From positions 28,305,541-28,367,157 of the forward strand of contig NC_068999.1 of assembly GCF_001194135.2 (NCBI RefSeq): 61,617 bases of DNA, in the 5' to 3' direction. This DNA comes from Octopus bimaculoides. Taxonomy: Eukaryota. The notes under the pieces were generated by a model. The model was not told the origin of the DNA and made no database searches. It saw only the letters and a program-made list of their open reading frames with translations. Below are positions 11,530-24,675 of this stretch, in pieces; position 1 is the stretch's first letter, and each line of letters begins with the position of its first letter. The position numbers were made by a program, and so were the translations under genes.

Positions 11530-11574
11530 TGTTCAGAAATCTTTCATCACACATCAGTGACCTCTTCAGCGACA
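11530..11574 (-). ncRNA. Degenerate hammerhead-like motif
   Basis: UGUCG-CUGAAGA-GGUCAC ugaugu GUGAU-GAAA-GAUUU-C-UGAACA. Core intact, stems I and II imperfect. Confidence 0.45.
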
Positions 11575-12099
11575 CTTTTCGTATTCAAGTATGTTCTTGC
11601 TCCACTTACTCCATTCTGTTCTTCTAAGATGTGTATCCCTATGTGCTCATGCGTTTGTGCTCTTGTGTGTGTGTGTGTGTGTGTGCGTCATACTTTTTAG
11701 CAGCAGTGTAGCCTTCCCCTCAGCCCCATCACTTCAGCCCATTGTGCTGCTGCTGTCCTAAGACACCCCCTCCCCCCCCAAAAAATGTACAGTTCCTGTA
11801 TTTCTCTGTGTGTGTGTGTGTGTGTGAAACTACCATATTTTTTTTCAGGTCTAAGGACAGCAGCAGTACAATGCGGTGAAAGGATGGGGCTGAGGGGAAG
11901 GCCAAACTGCTGCTAAAAACTATGACAGACACACAAGCATACACTCACACATACACACAAATATATAGTGCATGTGTTTATTTGACAAAAAAAAATATGA
12001 CCATCCTGAAATACAACCAATATCTGTTTCAACACATGATTTCACATCAAGAATCTTGCAAAACGAATTGATAAATGTAAATATATAATATGTTTTCTA

Positions 12100-12352
12100 T
12101 TTATAACCTTGGGCCAACCAAAGCCCTGTGAGTGGATTTGGTAGACGGATACTGAAAGAAGCCTGTTGTGTATATGTGTGTGTGTCTTTGTATCTGTGTT
12201 TGTCCCCCCATCATCCCTTGACAGTGTGTTTACATCCCCATAACTTAGCGGTTCAGCAAAAGTGACCGATAGAATAAGTACTAGGCTTAAGAAATAAGTC
12301 CTGAGGTCGATTTATTCTTCTAGTCAAATGACTGAAACAAGTAAAAGAATAA
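12100..12352 (+). mobile_element. SINE (abundant family, 5'-truncated)
   Basis: Shares aaagccttgtgagtggatttggtagac, gaataagtactaggctta and gtcaaatgactgaaacaagtaaaagaat with 37425-37750. Confidence 0.75.
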
Positions 12353-12384
12353 AGAATGTGTGTGTGTGTGTTTATTCACAAACA

Positions 12385-12680
12385 TGGTTGTATGGTAAGA
12401 AGTTCACTTTCCAACCACATGGTTCTGGGTTCAGTCTCAGTACATGACACCTCAGGCTTACCAAAACTTTCTGAATGGATTTGTTAGACTGAAACTGAAA
12501 GAAACCTATAATATATTTATTTATCTATGTGTGTGTCTGTGTTCGTCCCCACCACCACTTAACAACTATTGTTGGTGTTTTTACATCCTCATAAATGAAC
12601 AGTTCAGCAAGTGTTCTTGGCCCAACCAAAACCTTGTGAGTGGATTTGGTAGACAGAAACTGGAAGAAGCCCACCATCAT
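12385..12680 (+). mobile_element. tRNA-derived SINE, rearranged
   Basis: tRNA-like head (ggttgtatggtaag...ggttctgggttcag) plus the same body motifs as neighbouring copies. Confidence 0.6.
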
Positions 12681-13161
12681 AATATATAAAATACCCTGTG
12701 TGTGTGTGTGTCTTCAATGCACGCTCAAACCTCTGGAACAATTTGACCTTGGAAAGAATAATATGGTCTTGATTATTTTCTTTTTTTTTTAAGAATAAAT
12801 AATATTGCTCTATATATGAAGAATCACTTCTTCAAATTGTTTTCTCAACTTCTTGTCTTTGGCGTCCTAACCAGCAATTTATACGCACACACTTATGTAT
12901 ACATCATTACAGTTGTGACAGTTTCTGATAAAAGAGAATTTCTAAAAGTACTTTTGTGTCATAAAAAAAATTTCATATTTTCTCAATTAATTAAAAGAGG
13001 TACTGTATATTGTATATTAATTTTCCAATACATATTTCGGACATTTTTGGAACAAGTCACCTTATTAAGACTTGATGTTTCACATTTAAATCCCATGTGA
13101 TTATTCTTAGCGCAAATTGACTTATTAACACTTTCACTTAATTATTTTGTCAATGTCAACA

Positions 13162-14889
13162 TCTTTATATATAAAAGATAGGATGTGTGTGTACGTGAAT
13201 GTAATTTATGCACGTCCACAAATTAGCACGCATGTCGCTCCAATTTTAGGAGGACATTCGTCATGACCCTATCTGCATTTTCGTCAACTTTTTCTCTCAG
13301 AGGCACCCGCGTATAGCTGTAAAAATCGATTTTCAACCATAACTTTTACCAATTTTGAAGTTTGCTAACATGGCGAAGTCAAAGTGTGCGTGTGAGGGAG
13401 AGAGAGAGAGAAATTGTGTGTTGATGTATGTATGTGTGTGTGAGAGGGGGAGTGAGGGAGAGATAGAGATTGTTTGCCAGCGTCTAACACAAAGAAAGTA
13501 AAGAAAAAGTGGGAGAGGGAGACAGAAAGCGTCTAACGAAAGAAATGGTAGGTGTGAGTAAGGAAGACAGAGTAAGTGTCAGCGTAAAATGCTTTTTTTT
13601 TCTTAAACATGAGATATAGTTTAAAATATAAGATGTTTTTGAAAGACACTATATTTTATAATGAGATTATATATACTTTCTCACACAACAATTAAAGTAT
13701 ATTTATTTTAAATCATTTATTTATTTTAAATCATTCATCTTTCTCTCACGTTCACACACACACACACACACACACGCACATACTACTTTGGGAACGAAAG
13801 AGTTTTGTCTATATTTCACACCGAAGAAAAAAGTTTATTGACAATCCATTTATTTAACAACAATGAAACAAAGTGTTATGTAACAATTTGTTAGTGAATT
13901 ACACAATATAAATGGGTAAAATTTCCGAGGCTTCCACCACACCCCAACCCACTTTTCGGACCACAAAAAGGGTCTTGAAGCATATTAGCAGGTCAGGATA
14001 GTTGATTCCACGCAAAAAATCCGATTTATTTTTTTCTTAGTGAAATTCGTGTGAGTGTTATCTAAAAATTTAGCTGGAGCTTTGCATGGTAAATTTGAGA
14101 TTTAAAAAAATTTTTTATCCATATTCTTAATCTCCGTATTTTCCCCGTACATTGAAAAATAGATGGTGAAAAGATCAATGTGTGGGGGGAGTGAAATTCC
14201 AAGGATTTCAGCACACCGGTGGCAGGCATCCATTTGGGGGAGCCATGCTTTTCACATAAGCAACTTTATGTGGCCTGCTCCTGTGTGGGTAGTAGAAACT
14301 CTCTTTTTGTGTATGCTTCTCAGGGCAGAACACGCAATGTTGTCTATAGCGAAGTTTTATAGACAAGTTGTCATTTCAGCCGATGTGGTTATAAACAGTG
14401 ATCTGGAAGCATTGGCCGGACATATTCTCAAACCATGGCAACATGACTTATGGACTCTTCCTCTTTTTTTATTGGACAATGCTGACTTCTCCAACAACAA
14501 TGCTCACTCGGCTGATATCAGTGATTGGCTAAGTCGCTCATAGAGTTAACCTAGAAGGGACAGGTCCCTTATATTTTGGTTAAGGCTGTTGGTAAGTTTT
14601 CCTAAGTTACTCCAATCCAGATCCTCAATGCAAACCTTCAGATCAACCTTCTCCTATGCAGATCTCTAATGGAACTTTTAAAAAAAGTCAATGAGTGGAA
14701 ATAACCGATAAACGAATTCCTTATGGGATTTCCCAATCAAATTGCCAGCAAACCATTTCCATCCAAACCAATTTCAATGGATTTCGCTCAAATCTGATGT
14801 CGATGCTACTTATTTTGGTTTGAAATAAAGCACTTGATCATTTAATAATCCTAGCTTAATCCCAGGCAACGCTGGGCTATAACTGTTAG
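13162..14889 (+). mobile_element. Non-autonomous Helitron with helicase C-terminal remnant
   Basis: A|TCTTTATATATAAAAG start; 3' hairpin cccaggcaacgctggg followed by TTAG|T (degenerate CTAG); 14222-14362 encodes AGIHLGEPCFSHKQLYVACSCVG...RTRNVVYSEVL*. Confidence 0.8.
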
Positions 14890-15136
14890 TAGTAACTAAG
14901 TAACCAGCTATTTACACACATGCACGTATGTATACATTATTACAATTGTAACAATTTCAGATGAAAATGAATTTCAAAAGTTACTCTCATTTTTTATATT
15001 CTTCTCCGGCTTTCTATTTGTGTAAGATATATACCTATGTGAGTGTGTGTGAGAAAAATAATTTCATAGGGAGATTTCATTTAATTGAATCAATTGTCAA
15101 CAGGGCATAACTACAGATTTCTCTGTGTGTACGTGT

Positions 15137-15870
15137 GTATCCCCGACTTTTGATAATCATAACTTTCAGAAAAATGGATATTTTTTAATGACATTTTCTA
15201 CGTATACGTGTTATATCATGTAGATTCGAAATATACTGAATTTTTTGGGGGGAAAGTGTTTTAGGAGGGGTGGGGAGGATTTTCGGAAAATTCACCAGTC
15301 CACTTAACTTTCAGGAAAATGAATAATTTTTAATGAAATTGTCCACAAATATACCTCAGACTATGTAGATTTTGAGCATGTAGGGATTTTTGGGGAAAGC
15401 AATTGGGGTTATTTTTGAGAACTGTTCCCCACTGGTGGGGGGGGGGTCAGAACAAGTCATCCATATTTGTTACATTTTCTCTGTTTTGTGCATCCATAGA
15501 TTTCTACTGAAGCAACAAGCAATGAAGGCAAATGAAGCCCTCACCAGAAAACTTATGCTAAAAGTAACAGCTAAATGTCTGGTACACAAATATATGTTAT
15601 TAAGACAACTTACCTGTTGCATATGATGATTTGTAGTATATTTGTAGTCAATTTCATTAAAAAATATCCATTTTCTGGAAAGTTAAGGCGAATTGAAGTG
15701 GACTCCAGTGAATTTTCTGAAAATTCTCCCTACCCCCTCCTAAAACACTTTCCCCAAAACCTTTTGTATATTCAGAATCTTCACGATATAACACATATTT
15801 GTAGCAAATTTCATTAAATAAAAATATCCATTTTTCTGAAAGTTATCATCATCTAAAGACTGGTGGGGGC
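15137..15870. mobile_element. Fold-back / MITE-like element with long imperfect inverted repeats
   Basis: 15137-15360 is the diverged reverse complement of about 15635-15870 (cataactttcagaaaaatggata / tatccatttttctgaaagttatcat; aaagtgttttaggagggg / ccctcctaaaacacttt). Confidence 0.7.
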
Positions 15871-15879
15871 AGAAAGTCT

Positions 15880-17068
15880 GTGATGAGATGGTACCAACTG
15901 TCAATGATCTCATAACCCATGTGCTCCCAAACATTGCACAAAACTTTAGTGACAGGCAATGGCTCTGTGAGCGAGCCATCTTAGCTCTACATAATGATGC
16001 TGTAAACAAAATCAGCTGGGATCTTATGCAGCTGTTGCCTGGACAAGAACAGTCTTCCAAATCTCTCGACATTGTCATTGATCAGGACCAGGCTGTAATT
16101 TTTCCAACTGAGTTCCTGAGCTCTCTACAGCTATCTGGGATGCTACCTCACTACTTAACACTTAAAAAGGGGGCCCTAATCATGCTGCTCAGGAATCTGG
16201 ATCTACCTTGTCTGTGCAATGACACCAGACTGGTGGTGAAAGCAATGCAACCCCATGTCCTAGAGACAACAATTGTGACTAGGAATTTATAAGGGTGAGA
16301 ATGTCTTCATTTCACATATCCCATTAATCCCATATGACCTCCCCTTTGAATTTAAACAGTTCCAGTTCCCAGTGTCTCTATGTCAATAAACAAGTCTCAA
16401 GGACAGTCCCTGAAGGTTGTTGGATTTCACGTTGCTTCTCTCATGGGCAACTATATGTAGGATGTTTGTGAGTTGGAAGTCCCCAAAATCTTTTCATTTA
16501 TACATCAATTAAAGGACACTCTCAAAACATCATACATTTAGAAGCTCTAGATCAACTGTGGTTGATTTCTGGATTTGTTATTTGTTTCAATACATTTGTT
16601 TATACTTCCGTCCTCTCCTAGAATTTTTGTTAAATGTACTTATTAACAGCAGGGGAGTGCCTGCAGGCTGGTTCTTCTCAAATTTATGCATTTTCAGGTT
16701 CAATGTGTTTCAATAAGTACTGACAGTTGAAGGTGATTGCAAAGACAAAGAACTACCTGGTTTTTGAACAATTTTAGCAGAGAGATCATTGGATAATACA
16801 TGTTATTGACATTAATAGTTTGTACCACAGCTAATTACTGTTGAGAAGTGCATAATCCATGTTTCACTTTACTTAGAGATCTAAAATGCATACTTAAATT
16901 TCATTATTTTCAATAACCTGAAAAACACTGGTTTATTAACATATGAAGTTGGTATCTCAGCTACTAGGAGATAAGACCTGCATAGTCTGTTTCATGTTAG
17001 AGATCTAAAAGGCATTTTAAAATTTCATTATTTTCTTTCACCCAGGCAACACCGGGTATTTCTGCTAG
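15880..17068 (+). mobile_element. Helitron 3' part: Pif1-like helicase remnant and terminus
   Basis: WLCERAILALHNDAVN...FPTEFLSSL..SGMLPHYLTLKKGALIMLLRNL...SHGQLYVG with stops; terminus cccaggcaacaccggg-tatttctg-CTAG|T at 17041-17069. Confidence 0.88.
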
Positions 17069-17086
17069 TATGTATATATGTATGTA

Positions 17087-17149
<63 letters not shown>

Positions 17150-17339
17150 CATAATATATATATGTAAATGATATAATATATATATATATATATATACATA
17201 CAGCAATAAGAAAATGGAGGGGATCAAGAGGTGGTATTCATCAACTTATAGACATTATATTTAAAAAATCTCTGATATTAAATATAAGTAAAAGAATTTC
17301 AAACCTCTCCTCTAATAAAGAGATATTTAATAAACATAA

Positions 17340-17850
17340 GGAAAAATACAATATAGCATTAAAAAATGCACGATATAAAGGTAAAATTAAATACCTCCCC
17401 AATAATATTAGCTATAATAGCCAGGATAGAGTAACTACCTCTAACCCACAAAATTAGACAAATGTAACACTTCCAAAGATAAATATAAAAATAATAACAA
17501 TAATAATAGCAAAAAGAAATATAAAAAAAAAAGATAAGGCAACCCACAAAAAATAATAGTAGTAATGATGGACAGAGTAACAACAATAACAACAGTAATA
17601 ATAACAGTAATAAAATCATTAGTAATAATAGAAAAAATTATAGCATAAATAGTATTATTAAATATAAAAATAAAAATAATAACAGAGAATTTACACATAA
17701 TATAAGTAACCCTAATAATGGAAATAACGAAATAGATACTTTATGGTTAATAATCCCTTTCGCAATGCAAATCAAAAGTAACATAGTAAAAACAATTTTT
17801 AGTCTAATTAACAAACATTTTACAATAGAAAACAGAACACCTATCTAAGT
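17340..17850 (+). mobile_element. Degenerate Penelope-like element, RT C-terminal/linker part
   Basis: YSIALKNARYKGKIKYL-like segment and LWLIIPFAMQIKSNIVKTIFSLINKHF resemble PLE YN.ALK.SGY...I.Y and WFNPPF....K.NIG..F..LI.KHF. Confidence 0.6.
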
Positions 17851-18074
17851 AGAAAAAAATAATAGAAGTAATACAAACATAAATAATAATAATAACAACT
17901 ATAATAATAATAGAAATAGCGTGGTTCATGATAACAACAATAATAACAACAACAACAATAATAATAATAACAGCAAAAATCGAAGTGTAAATAATAATAG
18001 TAATAATAATACGATAGTATAAGCAATAATAACATTATTAGGATCAACAATAGCCACAGAACTAATAATATAAT

Positions 18075-19342
18075 GTTGATAACTTCCGCTATGTGGGTGA
18101 CCAAGTTAGTAGTGGGGGTGGGTGCGCTGAAAGTGTAGCTGCTAGAATAAGAATAGCCTGGGCAAAGTTCAGAGAGCTCTTACCTCTGCTGGCGACAAAG
18201 GGCCTTTCGCTCAGAGTAAAAGGCAGACTGTATGAGGCATGTGTATGAACAGCCATGCTACATGGCAGTGAAACTTGGACCTTGACTGCTGAGGACATGC
18301 GTAAGCTTGTAAGGAATGAAGCCAGTGCGCTCTGGTGGATGAGTAATGTCAGTGTGCATACTCGACAGAGTAAGTATTTTGAGAGAAAACTTGAACCTAA
18401 GAAGCATCAGTTGTGCTGTGCAAGAGAGACGATTGCACTGGTATGGGCATGTGGCGAGAATGGATGAGGATAGCTGTGTGAAAAAGTGCCACACCCTAGT
18501 GGTTGAGGGAACCCATGGAAGAGGCAGGCTCAGGAAGACCTGGGATGAGGTGGTGAAGCACGACCTCCGAACTTTAGGCATCACCGATACAATGATTTCT
18601 GACCAAGACCTTTGGAAATATGCTGTGTGTGAGAAGACCCGGCAAGCCAAGTGAGACCAAAATCCAAGGCCTCTGCCAGGGATGTAGCCAGCCCACTTAT
18701 GCGTAACATTCCTTCTTTGGACACTAAACTCCGTTTGCGAAGACCTGTTGAGGCAAGTGAAATCGAAATCAAAATCGAACTAAATTTGTAGACTGGCACC
18801 CATGCCAACGTCTTCATTTGAACACTAAACTTGGCTTGGGAAGACATGTTGGGGCAAGCGAAAGCGAAATCGTGATGGCACCAGTACCAGTAAATCACTA
18901 AGAGCACTGTCCGAGCGTGATCGTTGCCACAGCACCAGCTGTCTGGCTTTCGTGCCGGTGGCACGTAAATAGCACCATTTGAGTGTAACTGTTACCAATG
19001 TCGCCTTCCTGGCACTTATGCCAATGGCACGTGAAAAGACATTCGAGTGATTTCGTTGCCACTCCCGCTGGACTGGCTCCTGTGTGGTTGGCACATAAAA
19101 TACACCATTTCGAGCGTGGCCGCTGCCAGTACTCTCTGACTGGCCTTCGTGCCGGTGGCACATAAAAGCACCTACTACACTCTCTGAGTGGTTGGTGTTA
19201 GGAAGGGCATCCAGCTGTAGAAAGTCTGCCAGATTAGATTGGAGTCTGGTGTAGCCATCTGGTTTCAGCAGTCCTCAGTCAAATCGTCCAACCCATGCTA
19301 GCATGGAAAGCGGACGTTAAACGATGATGATGATGATGATGA
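18075..19342 (+). mobile_element. 5'-truncated RTE-clade LINE (copy B) inserted in a PLE
   Basis: Near-identical to copy A including the 5' truncation point; frameshifted; (GAT)n tail. Confidence 0.92.
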
Positions 19343-19960
19343 AGATAAACCCTACACAACCACACAGAACTTGTAATTGTAGAATAAGTAATAATTGTGT
19401 ATTTGATAATAACTGTATTAGAAAGGAAGTAGTATATCAATATATAGTAAGTATACAATTTGACAGCAAGGTATATGTGGATGCGACAAAAAACAATATG
19501 AAACAGAGACTTTAGTATCATAACTATACATTTAGAAACAGAAATAGGAGAAACTCTAAAGGGTTAAGTAGCTACATATGGGAACTTAAGGATGGGGGAA
19601 TTAACTATAATTTAAATTGGAAAATATTAACATCAGTACCTGCATATAATACTAAAAATAAAAAATGTTTCTTATGTATTGGCGTTAGGAAGGGCATCCA
19701 GCTGTAGAAACTCTGCCAAATCAGACTGGAGCCTGGTGTTGCCATCCGGTTTCACCAGTCCTCAGTCAAATCGTCCAACCCATGCTAGCATGGAAAGCGG
19801 ACGTTAAACGATGATGATGATGATGATGATGTATTAATGAAATTTTCTTTCTAATTGGGACTAAAATTCCGCTTATCAACAGCTTCAAGGAATGCAACGT
19901 TTACTGTCTTCATAAAATCGGGCATACCTTTTCCAAATACCACTACAAACTAGTATTAAA
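19343..19960 (+). mobile_element. Penelope-like GIY-YIG endonuclease remnant (interrupted)
   Basis: CNCRISNNCVFDNNCIRKEVVYQ...KVYVDATKNNMKQRL*YHNYTFRN...GLSSYIWELKD...NWKIL...YNTKNKKCFLC[insert]INEIFFL. Confidence 0.85.
19681..19830 (+). mobile_element. Short RTE-tail insertion with 7-bp target-site duplication
   Basis: ATGTATT at 19674-19680 and 19829-19835 flanks about 150 bp of RTE 3' tail. Confidence 0.85.
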
Positions 19961-20459
19961 ACACCCCTACTGACGTAATAATAGTAATAATTATTATTCG
20001 AGTTATTATTGTTGCTATACTGTGTTGAATTATATAATATGTGAAATTACGCAGATATATGTATAAGAAGGTATATATTAAGTTAGATATAATTATTTAC
20101 ATGTATGTATATGTGAGTATAAATTACTATAGTTGCTACTTTTGTATTTATATATGGATATGTGTGTATATATGTATGTATATTTATGCGCACACTTGTG
20201 TGTATATATATATATATTTATGTATGCACACACATATATGTACGTTTAGGTAGGTATGTATTTATATATGTATATTTGTGCAAGCACTTGTGTATCTATA
20301 TATTTATGTATGCACACGCATGTATGTAGGTTTAGATAGACATGTATATGTATATGTTTTTGTTTTATGCTGGTACCTTATGTGTGTATGGGAATATATA
20401 TGTATATATATATGGTTATGTGTGTGTGTGTGTATATATATATCATCATCATCATCATC

Positions 20460-20506
<47 letters not shown>

Positions 20507-20795
20507 TGGGTGTGTATATGTATTGTATATACATATGTATGTATATGGATACAGACATTGATATGCAACTGAACCAATAAATTGTTTGAGTGATTAATTA
20601 ATTAATTAGTTGGATGATTGATATGTTGATTGATTGACTGAATAATGGACCTAAATTTTTGAGTATTATTTTATAATTATAGACCGAATTAGACCAGAGT
20701 TACCTCTCTTCATTCTATTTATAACTAAGAGAATATATATCGATATATATTGAGTTGGTTCATTAATTTAGTAACTAAACACTGTTGCATGGAGA

Positions 20796-21052
20796 AATTA
20801 CAATTAATGCACTTTATCAGAGAATACATTTTAAGCATAATTTTAGTGATAAACAACTTCCTGAAACAACTTATATGGTATTTTGTCCCTTATTTGAATT
20901 TGGTCCGAATAACTTCAGAATTACAATTAATGCACTTTATCAGAGAATACATTGTAAGCATAATTTTAGTGATAAACAACAACTTAGTGAATCAACTTAT
21001 ATGGTAACTTTTGATATTTTGTCCCTTATTTCAATTTGACCCGAATAACTTC
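20796..21052. repeat. Two-copy tandem repeat, period about 123 bp
   Basis: aattacaattaatgcactttatcagagaatacatt...ccgaataacttc occurs at 20796 and 20919. Confidence 0.9.
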
Positions 21053-21243
21053 CATTTTATATTTTTAACCATATATTACCCATATGAGTTAGTAAATATA
21101 TAATTGTTTCCCCTAATTAAACAGATACATGTTATATTATATACTGTTTTTTTAATAAATTTGTAATAAATTCTTTCATATGCAGTATATTAAAACAATA
21201 TCCCCTTAGTAATATCACTTTAACTTAAAATTTATATATATAT

Positions 21244-21912
21244 ATCATCATCACCATCATCATCATCATCATCATCGTTTAACGTCCGTTTTCCATGCTA
21301 GCATGGGTTGGACGATTTGACTGAGGACTGGTGAACCAGATGGCTACACCAGGCTCCAATCTGATTTGGCAGACTTTCTACAGCTGGATGCCCTTCCTCA
21401 CGCCAACCACTCCGAGAGTGTAGTGGGTACTTTTACGTGCCACCGGCACGAAGACCAGTCAGAGCGTACTGGCAACGGCCATGCTCGAAATGGTGTATTT
21501 TACGTGCCACCTGCACAGGAGCCAGTCTAACAGTACTGGCAACGAACTCGCTCGAATGTCTTTTCACGTGCCCAAGTGCCAGGAAGGCGACGTTGGTAAC
21601 AATCACATTCAAATGGTGCTATTTACGTGCCCCCGGCATGGAAGCCAGACAGCTGGTGCTCTGGCAACGATCATGCACAGACAGTGCTCTTAGTGTTCTA
21701 CTGGTACAGGTGCCATCACGATTTTGCTTTCGCTTGCCCCAACAGGTCTTCACAAGCCAGGTTTAGTGTTCAATGAACAGATGTTGGCATGGGTGCCAGT
21801 CTACAAATTTAGTTCGATTCCGATTTCACTTGCCTCACCATGTCTTCGCAAGCGGAGTTTAGTGTCCAATGAAGGAATGTTACACGTAAGTGGGCTGGCT
21901 ACATCCCTGGCA
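21244..21912 (-). mobile_element. RTE LINE 3' UTR (copy C), cut by a gap
   Basis: Reverse complement of the UTR of copies A/B with (CAT)n tail. Confidence 0.9.
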
Positions 21913-22825
21913 NNNNNNNNNNNNNNNNNNNNNNNNNNNNNNNNNNNNNNNNNNNNNNNNNNNNNNNNNNNNNNNNNNNNNNNNNNNNNNNNNNNNNNNN
22001 NNNNNNNNNNNNNNNNNNNNNNNNNNNNNNNNNNNNNNNNNNNNNNNNNNNNNNNNNNNNNNNNNNNNNNNNNNNNNNNNNNNNNNNNNNNNNNNNNNNN
22101 NNNNNNNNNNNNNNNNNNNNNNNNNNNNNNNNNNNNNNNNNNNNNNNNNNNNNNNNNNNNNNNNNNNNNNNNNNNNNNNNNNNNNNNNNNNNNNNNNNNN
22201 NNNNNNNNNNNNNNNNNNNNNNNNNNNNNNNNNNNNNNNNNNNNNNNNNNNNNNNNNNNNNNNNNNNNNNNNNNNNNNNNNNNNNNNNNNNNNNNNNNNN
22301 NNNNNNNNNNNNNNNNNNNNNNNNNNNNNNNNNNNNNNNNNNNNNNNNNNNNNNNNNNNNNNNNNNNNNNNNNNNNNNNNNNNNNNNNNNNNNNNNNNNN
22401 NNNNNNNNNNNNNNNNNNNNNNNNNNNNNNNNNNNNNNNNNNNNNNNNNNNNNNNNNNNNNNNNNNNNNNNNNNNNNNNNNNNNNNNNNNNNNNNNNNNN
22501 NNNNNNNNNNNNNNNNNNNNNNNNNNNNNNNNNNNNNNNNNNNNNNNNNNNNNNNNNNNNNNNNNNNNNNNNNNNNNNNNNNNNNNNNNNNNNNNNNNNN
22601 NNNNNNNNNNNNNNNNNNNNNNNNNNNNNNNNNNNNNNNNNNNNNNNNNNNNNNNNNNNNNNNNNNNNNNNNNNNNNNNNNNNNNNNNNNNNNNNNNNNN
22701 NNNNNNNNNNNNNNNNNNNNNNNNNNNNNNNNNNNNNNNNNNNNNNNNNNNNNNNNNNNNNNNNNNNNNNNNNNNNNNNNNNNNNNNNNNNNNNNNNNNN
22801 NNNNNNNNNNNNNNNNNNNNNNNNN

Positions 22826-24675
22826 AGACGGCAAATGTCTCCAAGGAAAAGAATTCAGCAAAGAAGTGCGCTCTTCAGAGATTATACGCAACGCAGCAGC
22901 TGAGCAAGAGTCTTTTTTGTGCATGGCGCAAAATATTGTGCAGCAGCTGACGTGGCTACACCAAGCACAAACAAGGAACCTTGCCCACCACTGCGCAAGA
23001 CCACCACAGTAAACAGACATGGGATTGCCTCCCCTAACGCCTGCACAGGCATCACGCTAATATTTTTACTAAATATTGGGAGCCTGTTGCATTATAATAA
23101 TAAAAGAAAAATTTCTTTCCTGAGAGACCTTGCTGCATGCAATCAAGCCCTATGTATAGCACTTGTGGAAACTCACCTCAGCCCTGATATAGAGGATGTA
23201 GAAGTACACATACCAAAATATGTCATACTGCGAACAGACAGAAGGGAAAGGAGCCATGGTGGAGTTGCTGTATACATCCGTGACGACCTCACTCCCCAGT
23301 TCTTACTGTCATACTCAAATTCGGTTTGTGACACTCTAATGGTATACATAAGACAACATAATATAGTCATATGCAATACATATTGCCCACCGGATGCTCC
23401 AAACCACATAGGAAAATTTGAAGATTGCCTCACTAGAATTAAAGAAATCCTCATGAAACTGGAACACCACGTGACCATATTTCTTATGGGTGATTTCAAC
23501 TTCTCCAACGTCAAATGGCCCGAAGGTCTCAGCACAGGTGAAGTCCCTGCTCAACCTCACCAATGCACTATTCATGGAGCAAGCTGTTCTCAGACCAACT
23601 AGAACGAATAACATTCTGGACCTCTGCTTCACGAACAATATGGACATCATTCATGATGTGAAAGTGACACCGACATTAGTCTTGGATCACAACATAATAG
23701 AGCTGTCTATGTTTGGGCCTAAAGTTACCAGAGACATACAGCCTAAAGGAAGCACCCGAAATCTCTCCAATCTGAAATTCCACAAAGCAGACTGGAAATC
23801 AATCCAGAAAGAGATCCTCAGAGAGGATTGGCCAAAATGTCTCTCCACACCAGACATTGACATGAAACTAGAATGTTTCATGTGTACTGTGCAAGCCATA
23901 TGCCAGAAATATGTCCCAGAGCACAAGGCCAAAACAAATAGGAACAAGATTCCAAGGGGAGGAAGATCTTCATGAGACGACGGACGAAAGTTGCAAATCG
24001 ACTCAACCAGCATCCCAAAAGTAGCGAAAGGTCTCACCTAAAAACGACACGGATGGAGATTGAAAAAAGGCTGCAACAATCCTATGTGAGGGAGAGAGCA
24101 GACAAAGAAGTCTGGGTTATAAAAAATATTAAGTCAAACCCAAAGGCCTTCTTTCATTACGCGAAAGAAACAGCCTCAGTACACTGCAAGATTGGACCCG
24201 TCTTTGAAAAGGATGGCTCCCTCACTGACAGTCCAACTAGGATCAGTGAGGTACTGAATGAAGAGTTCAAAAGTGTCTTCACCACTCCGTTGGAGCACAG
24301 ACAAATGAATGAACCAGTGAACTTCTTTGCTACCTCCCCTATAACCAGAGAGGCAGTTACGATGGAATACATCAACATTAGCGAAGAAGATGTACTACTA
24401 GCTATAGATGAAGTGGACACAAACTCAACTGCTGGTCCTGATGGTTTCCCAGCAATCCTCCTTAAATCGTGTAAGCATGCCCTGGCAAAACCCCTCCAGA
24501 TCCTCTTCCAGAGCTTTCTCGCAAATGGCAGACTGCCAAGCAAGCTGAAGGAGGGAATAATATGCCCAATCCATAAAGGGGGAAGCAGAGCAGATGCCAA
24601 AAACTATAGGCCTATCTCTCTGACTTCACACATCAGCAAAGTCATGGAAAGGATAGTCAGAGGAAAACTTGCAAC
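22826..24675 (+). mobile_element. CR1-group LINE: AP endonuclease and RT N-terminus, frameshifted, 3' part missing
   Basis: LLNI...IALVETHL...RTDR...GGVAVY...MGDFN...PTRTNNILDLCF and AGPDGFP...PIHKGG...NYRPISLTSHISKVMERIV across three frames. Confidence 0.9.
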
